DNA from: Candidatus Komeilibacteria bacterium RIFOXYD1_FULL_37_29
GTDB lineage: Bacteria > Patescibacteriota > Patescibacteriia > UBA1558 > GWA2-36-10
Reading direction: 5' to 3'
Assembly (NCBI GenBank): GCA_001818495.1
Contig: MHKS01000005.1
Coordinates: forward strand, 180,188-244,187
Length of the DNA: 64,000 bases
The notes beneath the pieces were generated by a model that ran no database searches, was not told where the DNA came from, and saw nothing but the letters and a program-made list of their open reading frames with translations. This document shows positions 26,699 to 36,660 of the stretch, in pieces. Position numbers and translations under genes: made by a program. Numbering within the stretch: the first letter of the stretch is position 1; each line of letters begins with the position of its first letter.

Positions 26699-29373
26699 AA
26701 TTTTCCGATTGTCAGACCTGTGGGGGGACGGGCAAAGTAAATGGCGCTACTTGTAGCACCTGTTTTGGCTATTATAAATATTATTTTTCCAATAATAATT
26801 TTTTGTATTTTAGATATTCAGTCAATTATGCCCATATTTTTGTCCGGGAGCTTCGAAAAACTATTGATATTATTATAAATGCCTTTTTATTGGTGGCTCT
26901 ATTTTTAACCTTGTATTTGGTTTATAGTATTTTAAATGTTGTAGAATTTGATCCTAGAAATTTATGGTATTTTCTGTCTGACGATAGGATAGAGAACCTT
27001 TATTTATGGGTGCTGGTATTGGCTGATATGTTTTTGTATTACCGTTTGGTAATACCAGGCCTGAAAAAATCTGCCAAAGAAAAAAAACTATCTGATCAGG
27101 ATCAAAGCGTCCGCCATAACATGGCTGAGCATATGGGTCAGGAAGTGACCAAGATGGTGGACAAAGCTTGGTTATTTGGCAAATATAAAAAAGTTTTTCC
27201 TATCAGTGTTTGGCATTTACTTTATGTTTTATTAAACGATAAGGATATTCGTTTGGTTTTGGCCCGGTTGGGGGTAGGTGTCGATAATATTAAACAAAAT
27301 ATTGATCAATATATTGAAAAATTAGCTCCAGTTCGAGATGCTAAATTGGATCTAGATGAGGAGGCTTCAAATGCCATGCTCAATGCTTATTTTCATATGT
27401 TAGAGAGACGTGGTGATTATATAGCGGAAGTAGATTTGCTTTATGGCATTGTGACGACCAGCCAGTCGGTTCGTAATATGTTTTATGATATGGATATTGA
27501 TGAACAGAAAATCGACAATGTTATTTCTTGGGTTAAGATTAATAAGGATTTGGTGGCGACATATAAGAGGTTTAGATCCAGATCAATATTTAAGCCAAAA
27601 GGCGGCATGAATCGTTCTTACACTGCTATTGCCACGCCGGTTTTAAATAGTTTTTCTCAAGATTTGACTCTGATGGCTAGAGCCGGATATTTGGGTTTGT
27701 CAGTGGCTAGAGAAAAAGAAATAGCCGAAATAATCTCTACTATTGAAAGTAGTGTAGCCAGCGTAGTTTTGGTTGGTCCAGCCGGTATCGGTAAGGGCAA
27801 TATAGTAGAAGGTATTGCCAATCGGATGATGGCTGAAGAATTGCCAGAATTGTTTCAAGATAAAAGGTTAGTATCTATTTCTGTACCGATGCTGGTTTCT
27901 GGTGCTGAAGGCGCGGGACGTCTAGAAGAAAGATTTTTGGCTATTTTAAATGAAACAGCCATGTCGGGAAATATTATTTTGTATATTGAAGACATTCATC
28001 AACTGGTCGGTATTTCTTCACAAGGCAACGAAGGAGTGTCACTGGCCGAAATTTTAGCCGGAGAAATCAGAAAGAAAAATGTCATTGTCATTGCTACTGC
28101 TCATAGTAAAGAATACGTCCAACTAATTGAAGGAACTGGTTTGGGTCAAGCTCTTAAAAAAATAAATATTAAAGAGCCCGACAAAAATCAGACTATCAAG
28201 ATGATGGAGGCCCATGTCAGTGTAGTAGAAGGAAAACATCAGGTTTATTTTACCTATGATGCACTAGATACTATTTATGAATTATCTAATCGCTATATTA
28301 CGGATAAAGCTTTGCCTAGTAAAGCCACTGATTTGATGGATGAAGCGGGTATTATAGTATCTAAACGGGGTTCGAAAAATAATTTAGTAACCGCTGAAGA
28401 CATAGAGGCTTTGGTCAGCCACAAGACCAATATTCCTTTGACTGAAGTAACGGCTCAAGAGTCTACTAAATTGTTAAATATAGAAGAAGAACTTCATGAG
28501 CGTATAGTTGGCCAAGATGAGGCGGTTAAGTTGGTTGCTTCTGCTCTCAGACGAGCCAGAGCAGAACTGCGAGATAAAAATCGGCCGATTGTCAATTTGC
28601 TTTTCTTGGGACCAACTGGTGTGGGTAAAACAGAATTGGCCAAAACAGTGGCCGAAAAATATTTTGGCAACGAAAACGACATGATTCGTCTAGATATGAG
28701 TGAATACCAAAGTCAAACATCTTTGCCCAGACTAATCGGTTCGCCAGAGGCTGGTACACCCGGACTTCTCACCGAAGCGGTGCGGCACAAGCCCTTTGCC
28801 TTATTACTTTTAGATGAAATAGAAAAAGCCAATCCGGATGTTTTGACGATATTTTTACAAGTTATGGAAGATGGTCGCTTGACCGATGCCTTGGGCAGAA
28901 CAGTTGATTTTACTAATCTGATTATTGTAGCTACTTCCAATGCCGGTACGTCTTTTATCCAAGATCAAATCAATGCCGGACGACAAGTCGGCGATTTTAA
29001 AGATCAGCTGATTAAAGAGGAAATCAGAGATATTTTTAGGCCGGAGTTTATCAACCGTTTTGATGGCGTAGTAGTTTTTCGTCCGCTTACTCAAGAAGAA
29101 ATATTTAAGATTGCTGGATTCATGTTGAATAAGGTCAAGAAAAGATTGGACGAGAAGGGAATACTGTTTGAAGTGACTGAAGCAGCTCAAAGAGAATTGG
29201 CTCTAGCTGGTTTTGATCCGGTTTTTGGTGCTAGACCACTACGGCGAGTTATTCAGGATAGGGTGGAAAATTCTTTATCAGAATTTTTATTGACTGGTAA
29301 GGTTGGTCGCCGTGATGTCATAGTTTATGATGTTGGTGGCAAGATTAGCGTGCGCAAACCAACGGGGTATTAG
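26686..29373 (+). CDS. Membrane-anchored Clp/Hsp100 AAA+ ATPase
   Basis: N-terminal CxxCxGxG...CxxC, TM helices, Clp-N-like repeats, AAA1 GPAGIGKG, AAA2 GPTGVGKTE/LLLDEIEKA, RPEFINRFD, FGARPLRR. Confidence 0.9.
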   Translation: MESLKFSDCQTCGGTGKVNGATCSTCFGYYKYYFSNNNFLYFRYSVNYAHIFVRELRKTIDIIINAFLLVALFLTLYLVYSILNVVEFDPRNLWYFLSDDRIENLYLWVLVLADMFLYYRLVIPGLKKSAKEKKLSDQDQSVRHNMAEHMGQEVTKMVDKAWLFGKYKKVFPISVWHLLYVLLNDKDIRLVLARLGVGVDNIKQNIDQYIEKLAPVRDAKLDLDEEASNAMLNAYFHMLERRGDYIAEVDLLYGIVTTSQSVRNMFYDMDIDEQKIDNVISWVKINKDLVATYKRFRSRSIFKPKGGMNRSYTAIATPVLNSFSQDLTLMARAGYLGLSVAREKEIAEIISTIESSVASVVLVGPAGIGKGNIVEGIANRMMAEELPELFQDKRLVSISVPMLVSGAEGAGRLEERFLAILNETAMSGNIILYIEDIHQLVGISSQGNEGVSLAEILAGEIRKKNVIVIATAHSKEYVQLIEGTGLGQALKKINIKEPDKNQTIKMMEAHVSVVEGKHQVYFTYDALDTIYELSNRYITDKALPSKATDLMDEAGIIVSKRGSKNNLVTAEDIEALVSHKTNIPLTEVTAQESTKLLNIEEELHERIVGQDEAVKLVASALRRARAELRDKNRPIVNLLFLGPTGVGKTELAKTVAEKYFGNENDMIRLDMSEYQSQTSLPRLIGSPEAGTPGLLTEAVRHKPFALLLLDEIEKANPDVLTIFLQVMEDGRLTDALGRTVDFTNLIIVATSNAGTSFIQDQINAGRQVGDFKDQLIKEEIRDIFRPEFINRFDGVVVFRPLTQEEIFKIAGFMLNKVKKRLDEKGILFEVTEAAQRELALAGFDPVFGARPLRRVIQDRVENSLSEFLLTGKVGRRDVIVYDVGGKISVRKPTGY

Positions 29374-29390
29374 AATATTAATTTAATAAT

Positions 29391-29415
29391 AAGACTCCTC
29401 GAAAGAGGAGTTTTT
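29391..29415 (+). terminator. Intrinsic terminator
   Basis: ACTCCTC-gaaa-GAGGAGT followed by a T-tract. Confidence 0.85.
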
Positions 29416-29529
29416 ATTATTATAAAATAATTTAAAGTTATATAAAGAATTGTTGATTTGGTCAATATTGATATTTAGCTTATTTTTAGGTATAATTTTG
29501 ATATTGAAGTATTAAAATAATCATTGTTT

Positions 29530-30915
29530 ATGAAAGAACTGCGCAAGTTTGATAAGGTAGTAAATTTGGCCAAAACCAGGGGTTTTATTTTTCCATCTTC
29601 TGATATCTATGGTGGTTTAAATTCTATCTACGATTACGGCCCTTTAGGGACAGAGCTAAAAAATAATCTCAAAAAAGCCTGGTTTGATTTTATGTTGGCG
29701 AGGCGTGATGTAGTGGGATTGGATTCAGCTATTTTGATGCATCCGCAGATTTGGAAAGCTTCTGGTCATTTGGACGGCTTTTCTGATCCTTTGGTTGATT
29801 GCAAAAAATGTAAATCACGCTTTAGAGCCGATCATCTCTTGGAGAAAAAAGGTATTAAACCTACTTTTGGTAAGGACAATACTCCCAATATGTCCGATGT
29901 AAAATGTCCGGAGTGTGGGGGCGAGCTGACTGAAGTTAGACAATTTAATCTCATGTTTAAGACTTTTATGGGACCGTTGGAAGACAGTGCCAATCAAATC
30001 TATTTGCGTCCAGAAACTGCCCAGGGTATCTATGTAAATTTTTTAAATGTTTTAAATAGTTTGCGTTTAAAAATTCCTTTTGGTATTGCCCAGATTGGCA
30101 AAGCTTTTAGAAATGAAATTACTCCCGGTAATTTCATTTTCCGCATGAGAGAATTTGAACAGATGGAGATGCAATATTTTGTCCATCCCGATAAAACTAA
30201 AGACGCTTTTGAAAAGTGGCAAAATTTACGCATGGATTGGTATAAAAGTCTGGGGATTGATCCAAAGAACTTACGTTTTCGTGAGCACGCCAAAGATGAG
30301 TTGGCTCATTATGCTAAAAAGGCTTTGGATATTGAATATAATTTTGCTTTTTCTGAAAACGAAACTTTTAAAGAACTAGAAGGTATCCATCATCGCGGTG
30401 ATTGGGATCTGAGCCAGCATCAAAAATATAGCCAACAGAAATTAACGGTCAAAGACGAGAATAATAAAGAATATATTCCCAATGTGATTGAAACTTCGGG
30501 TGGAGTAGATAGAGCCACTCTGGCCTTTTTGATGGAAGCTTATACAGAAATAGATGGCGGTCGCACCACCACCACTGAAAGTAGTAAAGAAAAAGAAGTG
30601 GTGCTCAAGCTAGACAAAAGATTAGCCCCTATTAAAATTGCTATTTTCCCCTTGTCTAAAAAAACAGATTTGATGGCCAAAGCCATAGAAATTTATGATA
30701 GCTTGGCCACTAAGTATCGATTGACTTATGATGAGACTGGCTCTATCGGCAAACGTTATCGTCGCCAAGATGAAATCGGCACACCATACTGTGTGACAGT
30801 TGATTTTGATACTTTGGGAAACAATCTAGTGACAGTCAGAGACAGAGATACGATGAAACAAGACCACATTAATATTTCCGAATTAGCCGCTTATTTTCAG
30901 GAAAAATTTAAATAA
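29530..30915 (+). CDS. glyQS: Glycine--tRNA ligase (alpha2 type)
   Basis: YDYGPLG, YLRPETAQG, FRNEITP, IGKRYRRQDEIGTP. Confidence 0.96.
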   Translation: MKELRKFDKVVNLAKTRGFIFPSSDIYGGLNSIYDYGPLGTELKNNLKKAWFDFMLARRDVVGLDSAILMHPQIWKASGHLDGFSDPLVDCKKCKSRFRADHLLEKKGIKPTFGKDNTPNMSDVKCPECGGELTEVRQFNLMFKTFMGPLEDSANQIYLRPETAQGIYVNFLNVLNSLRLKIPFGIAQIGKAFRNEITPGNFIFRMREFEQMEMQYFVHPDKTKDAFEKWQNLRMDWYKSLGIDPKNLRFREHAKDELAHYAKKALDIEYNFAFSENETFKELEGIHHRGDWDLSQHQKYSQQKLTVKDENNKEYIPNVIETSGGVDRATLAFLMEAYTEIDGGRTTTTESSKEKEVVLKLDKRLAPIKIAIFPLSKKTDLMAKAIEIYDSLATKYRLTYDETGSIGKRYRRQDEIGTPYCVTVDFDTLGNNLVTVRDRDTMKQDHINISELAAYFQEKFK

Positions 30916-30935
30916 ATTATCCAGTTTTTTAATAT

Positions 30936-32204
30936 ATGTATAAAAGAATTATCCGTCGTGACGGCAGTGTCATAATTTTGGCGCCCCAAAAGGAAACTAA
31001 AACTATTACTTTTGAATTACTTTTCAAAGTCGGTAGTCGTCAAGAAAATATTCAAAACAACGGTGTATCTCATTTTATTGAGCATTTGATGTTTAAGGGG
31101 ACCAAGCGTCGTCCGTCTACAGCCGCTATTGCTAAAGAGCTTGATGGTGTGGGCGCATATTATAATGCTTTTACTGGTAAGGAATACACGGGTTATTATA
31201 TTACGTTGAGTAACAGTCATTTATCTTTGGCGGTTGATATGCTCTCTGATATGTTGCATAATTCCAAATTTGACAAAGAAGAGATGGACAGAGAAAGGGG
31301 AGTCATTATTGAAGAAATAAATATGTATGAAGACAACCCCATGATGTATATTGAAGAGCTTTTTGAAAATATATTATTTGGTGGTACCAGCTTGGGAAAA
31401 TCCATTGCCGGACCAAGAATAAATATAAAAAATGTTTCCCACCAGGTTCTTTACAATTATTATCAGAAATATTATTACCACGGCAACTCTATTATTGGTT
31501 TGGCCGGTAACTTTCAGGAAAAACGAGCTCTCAAGTTGATCAATCAGCTTTTTCCTATTAGTGCTCGTCAGGCCAGAGTCAAAAATTTTACTCTACCATC
31601 TTTCAAACAGGCTCAAGCGATAGTCAAAATTGTTGATCGTGATTTGGAGCAAGTCCAGCTCATGTTAGGCTGGCGGACAACATCCATTGATACCAAGGAA
31701 TTTGTTTTCAATCAGATTTTAGCTAATATTTTGGGTGGTACTATGAGCTCTCGCTTGTTTATCAATATCAGGGAGAGAAAAGGACTTTGTTATTTTATCA
31801 ATGCAGAAATAAGTGGTTATGAAGGCAAAAGCGCTTTTACTATTCATGCCGGTTTAAATAAAATAAAAATTTTGGAAGCTTTGGAAGCCATTAAACAGGA
31901 ATTAAATAATGTTTCCAAAAAGGGTATTAGTGCTGAAGAATTGTCTCAAGCCAAAGAAAACATCAAAGGACGGATGGTTTTGAAAATGGAAAGCTCCAGC
32001 GCTCATTTAAATTTTTTAATATCTCAAGAGGTCATTGGCCAACCGATTAAGAGTCTAGATCAAAGATTAAAAGAATTGGACAAAGTCAGTCTCAAGCAAA
32101 TCAATGATCTAGCCAAAAATATTTTCAACTGGGCAAAAGCCAATTTAGTGATTATCGGGCCATTTAAAAATAAAAATGAATTTCTAAATATTTTAAAAAA
32201 ATAA
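30936..32204 (+). CDS. M16 family zinc peptidase
   Basis: SHFIEHLMFKGT (HxxEH), NAFT, SSRLFINIRERKGL. Confidence 0.93.
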   Translation: MYKRIIRRDGSVIILAPQKETKTITFELLFKVGSRQENIQNNGVSHFIEHLMFKGTKRRPSTAAIAKELDGVGAYYNAFTGKEYTGYYITLSNSHLSLAVDMLSDMLHNSKFDKEEMDRERGVIIEEINMYEDNPMMYIEELFENILFGGTSLGKSIAGPRINIKNVSHQVLYNYYQKYYYHGNSIIGLAGNFQEKRALKLINQLFPISARQARVKNFTLPSFKQAQAIVKIVDRDLEQVQLMLGWRTTSIDTKEFVFNQILANILGGTMSSRLFINIRERKGLCYFINAEISGYEGKSAFTIHAGLNKIKILEALEAIKQELNNVSKKGISAEELSQAKENIKGRMVLKMESSSAHLNFLISQEVIGQPIKSLDQRLKELDKVSLKQINDLAKNIFNWAKANLVIIGPFKNKNEFLNILKK

Positions 32205-32208
32205 ATCT

Positions 32209-33249
32209 ATGTCTAATCAATCTATTTCTATCAGTACGGACACAATCCTTAGAGTAATAGTTGTTTTATTATTTTTAGGATTTTTGTTTTTAATAAGAGA
32301 TGTACTCGCTCTGATTTTTATAGCCTTAATTTTGGCGGCTGCTTTCGATCCAATGGTGGATTGGCTGCATAAATTCAAAATCCCCAGAGCCGTTAGTATT
32401 ATTGTCATTTATATAGTAGCTATATTTTTCGTAGGTTGGTCTGTCTATTTGTTAGTTGGTCCAATTACTGAACAGATTTTGAGTATTTCTCAGGCCTTCC
32501 CGCATTTTTATAATGAAATCCAAAGAACTCTTGGTGGTACGGTAGATTTGAATAGTTTGTTTAATCAGGATGTCATAAACTCTAGTATTGCTGATATTAC
32601 CAAAAACTTGGGCAAGGCTACCTCCGGCATCTTCAGTGTCTTGGGATCAGTTTTTGGCGGAGTGATTAGTTTGTTGGTGGTACTGGTTATTACTTTTTAT
32701 TTAACTGTGGAAGAAAATAGTATCAAAAAATTTATTACTTCAGTTACACCCATTAAGCAGCAGCCCTATATTTCTAAATTGATTGTAGCTATTCAGCACC
32801 GGATGGGTTTTTGGTTGAGAGGTCAGCTATTTTTATCGATTATTATTTTTGTTTTAGTGTATATTGGGCTTCTTTCCCTCGGTGTAAAATATGCTTTGAC
32901 TTTGGCTCTGATTTCTGGCGTTTTTGAGATAGTGCCTTTTATTGGTCCGTGGATAGCAGCTATTCCCGGTGTATTTTTGGCTTTTTCTCAAAGTCCAAGC
33001 AAAGCTTTGTTAGTTGGTATTATGTATTTGGTCATTCAGCAATTGGAAAATAATTTGATTACCCCCAAAGTTATGGGCAAAAGTACCGGTCTAAATCCTT
33101 TGATAGTTTTGGTGGCTATTATGATTGGTGCTAAGTTGGGTGGGGTATTGGGAGCCCTCTTGGGAGTACCAGTCGCTTTATCTATTGCTGTTTATATAGA
33201 GACATTAATTGGTGATAAAAAAAATCGTGATAATACTTTAGTTAAATAA
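32209..33249 (+). CDS. AI-2E family transporter
   Basis: VPFIGP, IQQLENNLITPKVMG, LNP, GALLGVP. Confidence 0.9.
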   Translation: MSNQSISISTDTILRVIVVLLFLGFLFLIRDVLALIFIALILAAAFDPMVDWLHKFKIPRAVSIIVIYIVAIFFVGWSVYLLVGPITEQILSISQAFPHFYNEIQRTLGGTVDLNSLFNQDVINSSIADITKNLGKATSGIFSVLGSVFGGVISLLVVLVITFYLTVEENSIKKFITSVTPIKQQPYISKLIVAIQHRMGFWLRGQLFLSIIIFVLVYIGLLSLGVKYALTLALISGVFEIVPFIGPWIAAIPGVFLAFSQSPSKALLVGIMYLVIQQLENNLITPKVMGKSTGLNPLIVLVAIMIGAKLGGVLGALLGVPVALSIAVYIETLIGDKKNRDNTLVK

Positions 33250-33915
33250 ATGTTGTATATAGTAGCTACGCCGATCGGAAATTTAGCAGATATAACACTA
33301 AGAGCTCTGGAAGTTCTAAGCAGTGTGGATGTTATATTAGCTGAAGATACTAGAGTCAGCAAAAAACTTTTAGCTCATCATAATATCAATACTCAACTGA
33401 TTTCTTGGCATCAGCATAGCAGTGAAAGAGATTTTAAAAATCTGTCTCACTATTTTGCCCAAGAAAAGAATATTGCTTTGATTACCGATGCGGGCAGTCC
33501 GGGCATTTCTGATCCAGGCGGAAAATTGATTGAATTGGTTTTGGGAAGTTTTCCGGAGACCAAAATAGTTCCTATTCCCGGAGTTTCCGCTTTGACCGCT
33601 ATAGTCTCAGTGGCTGGTGTACCGATGGATAGGTTTTTGTTTTTAGGATTTTTGCCCCACAAAAAAGGACGCCAAACTTTAATTGGCGAAATTAAAAGTG
33701 CTAAGTTACCAGTTATATTTTTTGAATCAGTTCATCGGATTATGAAAGCCCTAGAACAATTGGCTGATTGTCCCAAACAGTTGATAGTCGGTCGGGAGCT
33801 GACTAAACAATTTGAAACTATTTATCGGGGAACAGCCAAAGATATTTTAGGTATTTTGAGTAAAGATAAAAATCAACAAAAAGGGGAGTTTGTCATAATA
33901 GTTAACAACAAATAA
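33250..33915 (+). CDS. rsmI: 16S rRNA C1402 2'-O-methyltransferase
   Basis: LYIVATPIGNL, AEDTR, DAGSPGISDPG, RELTKQFE, KGEF. Confidence 0.96.
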   Translation: MLYIVATPIGNLADITLRALEVLSSVDVILAEDTRVSKKLLAHHNINTQLISWHQHSSERDFKNLSHYFAQEKNIALITDAGSPGISDPGGKLIELVLGSFPETKIVPIPGVSALTAIVSVAGVPMDRFLFLGFLPHKKGRQTLIGEIKSAKLPVIFFESVHRIMKALEQLADCPKQLIVGRELTKQFETIYRGTAKDILGILSKDKNQQKGEFVIIVNNK

Positions 33916-33916
33916 T

Positions 33917-34183
33917 ATGCCAGCAGCCAAACAGTTGGGCACCATTAGCATTTTAATGAAAGATCGACACAGCTATGCGGTAGAAGTGCAAAAAATATTA
34001 ACCGACGAAGGACGTTTGATCATGGCTAGAATGGGTGTTAATCCTGCCAGGACTTGCGTCAAAAATTGTACCGGCATTGTAGTTTTGATAGTGGAAGGTA
34101 CTGCTCAGGAAATAAATGCTTTGAACAAAAAGCTCAACAAGCTTTATGGTGTGGTAGCCAAAAGCGTTATTATCACCAAATAA
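33917..34183 (+). CDS. TM1266-like / NikR C-terminal-like small regulator
   Basis: VQKILT...I.ARMG...IVLIVEG...INALNKKL..L.GVVAKS. Confidence 0.7.
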   Translation: MPAAKQLGTISILMKDRHSYAVEVQKILTDEGRLIMARMGVNPARTCVKNCTGIVVLIVEGTAQEINALNKKLNKLYGVVAKSVIITK

Positions 34184-34629
34184 TGAATTTTAAGATTAGA
34201 CCATTAGAAACTCAAGATTTGGATAAGAGTAGTTTTTTGGAAACGCTCTCCAATCTTAGTGATGTTAAAAATTTATCTACCAAACAAGCTCAAGAAATTT
34301 TTAGCATGGCCAGTGGTCAGGGAGTGTATTTTTTGGTAGCAATTTGCGAGGAGGGAGAGCATCAGGGTGAAATTGTGGCTACTGTTAAATTGATTATTGA
34401 ACCAAAATTTTTTCATGGGGGTAAATCGGCTGGGCACATTGAAGATGTAGTTACGAGATATGGTTTTGAAGGACAGGGATTATCCAAAGCACTACTGCAA
34501 GAAGCGATTAAAATTGCCAAGGAAAATAATTGTTATAAATTAATATTGGATTGTAAAAAAGAATTGTTGCCTTTTTATGCTAAATCTGGTTTTAAGGAGC
34601 ATGGTATTTGTCTAAGATTAGATTTTTAA
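34183..34629 (+). CDS. GNAT acetyltransferase, glucosamine-6-P N-acetyltransferase (GNA1)-like
   Basis: Start ATG 34183; IEPKFFHGG..GHIEDVV, GQGLSK, CYKLILDC, FYAKSGF. Confidence 0.8.
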   Translation: MNFKIRPLETQDLDKSSFLETLSNLSDVKNLSTKQAQEIFSMASGQGVYFLVAICEEGEHQGEIVATVKLIIEPKFFHGGKSAGHIEDVVTRYGFEGQGLSKALLQEAIKIAKENNCYKLILDCKKELLPFYAKSGFKEHGICLRLDF

Positions 34630-34633
34630 AATT

Positions 34634-36076
34634 ATGAAAGATAAAACAAACAAATTCTATATCACCACGCCAATTTATTATGTCAACGACAAACCACACA
34701 TCGGTCATGCCTATACGACTATTGTAGCTGATGTTTTGGCTCGTTTTTGGCGCGCACAAATTGGCGATAAAAATGTATTTTTTCTAACTGGTACTGACGA
34801 GCATGGCGCTAAAATTGCCGAGGCCGCTCAAGTCGCTGGTATGGAACCGCAAGCTTTTACTGATAAGGTATCTCAAAAATTTAAAGATGTCTGGTCTAAG
34901 ATGGATATAAGCTATGATTATTTTTTGCGCACAACTGACAAAGACCATGGGAAAATTGTTACCGAAATTTTAAAAACTCTAAAAGCCAAAGGCATTTTAT
35001 ATGAAGATGATTATCAGGGTTTATATTGTGTCGGTTGTGAAAAATTTATTACTGAAGGGGAGTTGGTAGATGGTAAGTGTCCGGATCACAATAAAGTTCC
35101 GCAAAAAGTAGTAGAAAAAAATTGGTTTTTCAAATTGTCGGAATTTTTACCAAAAATAAAAAAAGCTATTCAGTCGGGAGAACTTTATATTTATCCAGAG
35201 TCCAGAAAAAACGAAGTGTTGGGTCTGATAGATAAACAGCATGTGCCAGATTTTTCTATTTCTCGCTCTAAAAAGTCAGTGCCCTGGGGGATTGATTTGC
35301 CTTGGGATGAGAATCAAAAAACTTATGTTTGGGTAGACGCTTTGAGCAATTACATTACTGCCCTGGGCTACCCCAAAGGTAAGGATTTCAAAAAGTTTTG
35401 GCCAGCCGATGCGCAATTTATGGCTTTAGATATTTTAAAATTTCATACCTTGTATTGGCCAGCGATACTGATGGCTTTGGATTTACCATTGCCCCGACTT
35501 TATATCCACGGATTTTTTACTATCGACGGTAAGAAAATGAGCAAGACCTTGGGTAATGTCATTGACCCAAATGAATTGGCTGATAAATACGGAGCAGAAG
35601 TCAGTAAATATTTGATCTTGTCTCAATTTTCTTTTGGGCAAGAATCTGATATTAAGCTGGAAGATTTTCCTATCAAGTATAATGCTGATTTGGTCAACGG
35701 TTTGGGTAATCTAGTTAGTCGAGTGACCAATATGATTGAGCTATATCTAGACGGTCAGGTGGGTATAAAATTTAAAAGTCTGAATTTGGGCCATGAAGAA
35801 TTGAAACAACTGCGTTTTAGAGAAGCACTGCTGACTATTTGGCAGGTGATTGCCAAAGACAACACTTTAATTGATCAGAGTAAGCCTTGGGAGTTGGCCA
35901 AGGACAAGAACAAGCACGATCAGTTGAAAAAAATATTGGGAGAATTGAGTTTAGATTTATATAACATTGCTTTAGCTTTAGAACCGTTTATGCCACAAAA
36001 GTCTAAAGAAATTTTAGATATTATAACCGCTAAAAAGATTAAAAAACCAGCCAGTCCACTGTTTCCTAGATTATAG
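34634..36076 (+). CDS. metG: Methionine--tRNA ligase (short form)
   Basis: YITTPIYYVN.KPHIGHAY, TGTDEHG, YVWVDAL, KMSKT. Confidence 0.96.
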   Translation: MKDKTNKFYITTPIYYVNDKPHIGHAYTTIVADVLARFWRAQIGDKNVFFLTGTDEHGAKIAEAAQVAGMEPQAFTDKVSQKFKDVWSKMDISYDYFLRTTDKDHGKIVTEILKTLKAKGILYEDDYQGLYCVGCEKFITEGELVDGKCPDHNKVPQKVVEKNWFFKLSEFLPKIKKAIQSGELYIYPESRKNEVLGLIDKQHVPDFSISRSKKSVPWGIDLPWDENQKTYVWVDALSNYITALGYPKGKDFKKFWPADAQFMALDILKFHTLYWPAILMALDLPLPRLYIHGFFTIDGKKMSKTLGNVIDPNELADKYGAEVSKYLILSQFSFGQESDIKLEDFPIKYNADLVNGLGNLVSRVTNMIELYLDGQVGIKFKSLNLGHEELKQLRFREALLTIWQVIAKDNTLIDQSKPWELAKDKNKHDQLKKILGELSLDLYNIALALEPFMPQKSKEILDIITAKKIKKPASPLFPRL

Positions 36077-36141
36077 AAGTGCCAGTGGCTAAGACAAAAA
36101 TTTTAGTGTATTATATAGGTAAATTAATATAAGAAATAAAT

Positions 36142-36660
36142 ATGAATTGGTTTGACATTTTTTTAATCGTAGTCCTATTTATCTTCACTTGGAAGGGCTT
36201 TCGGGCAGGACTGGTGGGAGCAATTGGTGGATTTTTTGGAGTAATCTTTGCTATTTGGGCCGGTTCACACTATATGCAGTCGGTTGGTGCTTGGATTATG
36301 AAGGTAATTGATCTGGATAATGCCTATTTAGCTTCAATTATTGGCTTTTTGGTGGTTTTTATGGCCGTCAATATTGCTTTCGGTATTATTATTTCTATAA
36401 TCAATAGAGTTTTCCATATTATTCCTTTTATTGATCTGATTAATAAACTTTTGGGAGCGATTGTCGGTATTGTCACCGGAGCACTGGCCGTCGCCGCTAT
36501 AGTTTATCTGATGTCTGTTTTGCCCATCAGTGAGGCCATTTCTACCAGTATCAAAAATTCTCAAATTGCTGATACAGCTTTAAGTATTGCTTTTATGGTC
36601 AAGCCATTTATACCGCAAGCGATAAAAGAATTAAAATCTATTTTTGAAAATGTTAGTTGA
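36142..36660 (+). CDS. CvpA family membrane protein
   Basis: MNWFD...GFRAGLV...INKLLGAIVG. Confidence 0.85.
   Translation: MNWFDIFLIVVLFIFTWKGFRAGLVGAIGGFFGVIFAIWAGSHYMQSVGAWIMKVIDLDNAYLASIIGFLVVFMAVNIAFGIIISIINRVFHIIPFIDLINKLLGAIVGIVTGALAVAAIVYLMSVLPISEAISTSIKNSQIADTALSIAFMVKPFIPQAIKELKSIFENVS

Noticed and set aside
34054-34182. Longer ORF-track starts (34054, also 6533, 46978, 47922, 59157)
   Set aside because: They overlap upstream genes, promoters, terminators or leaders; downstream ATGs match the family N-termini.
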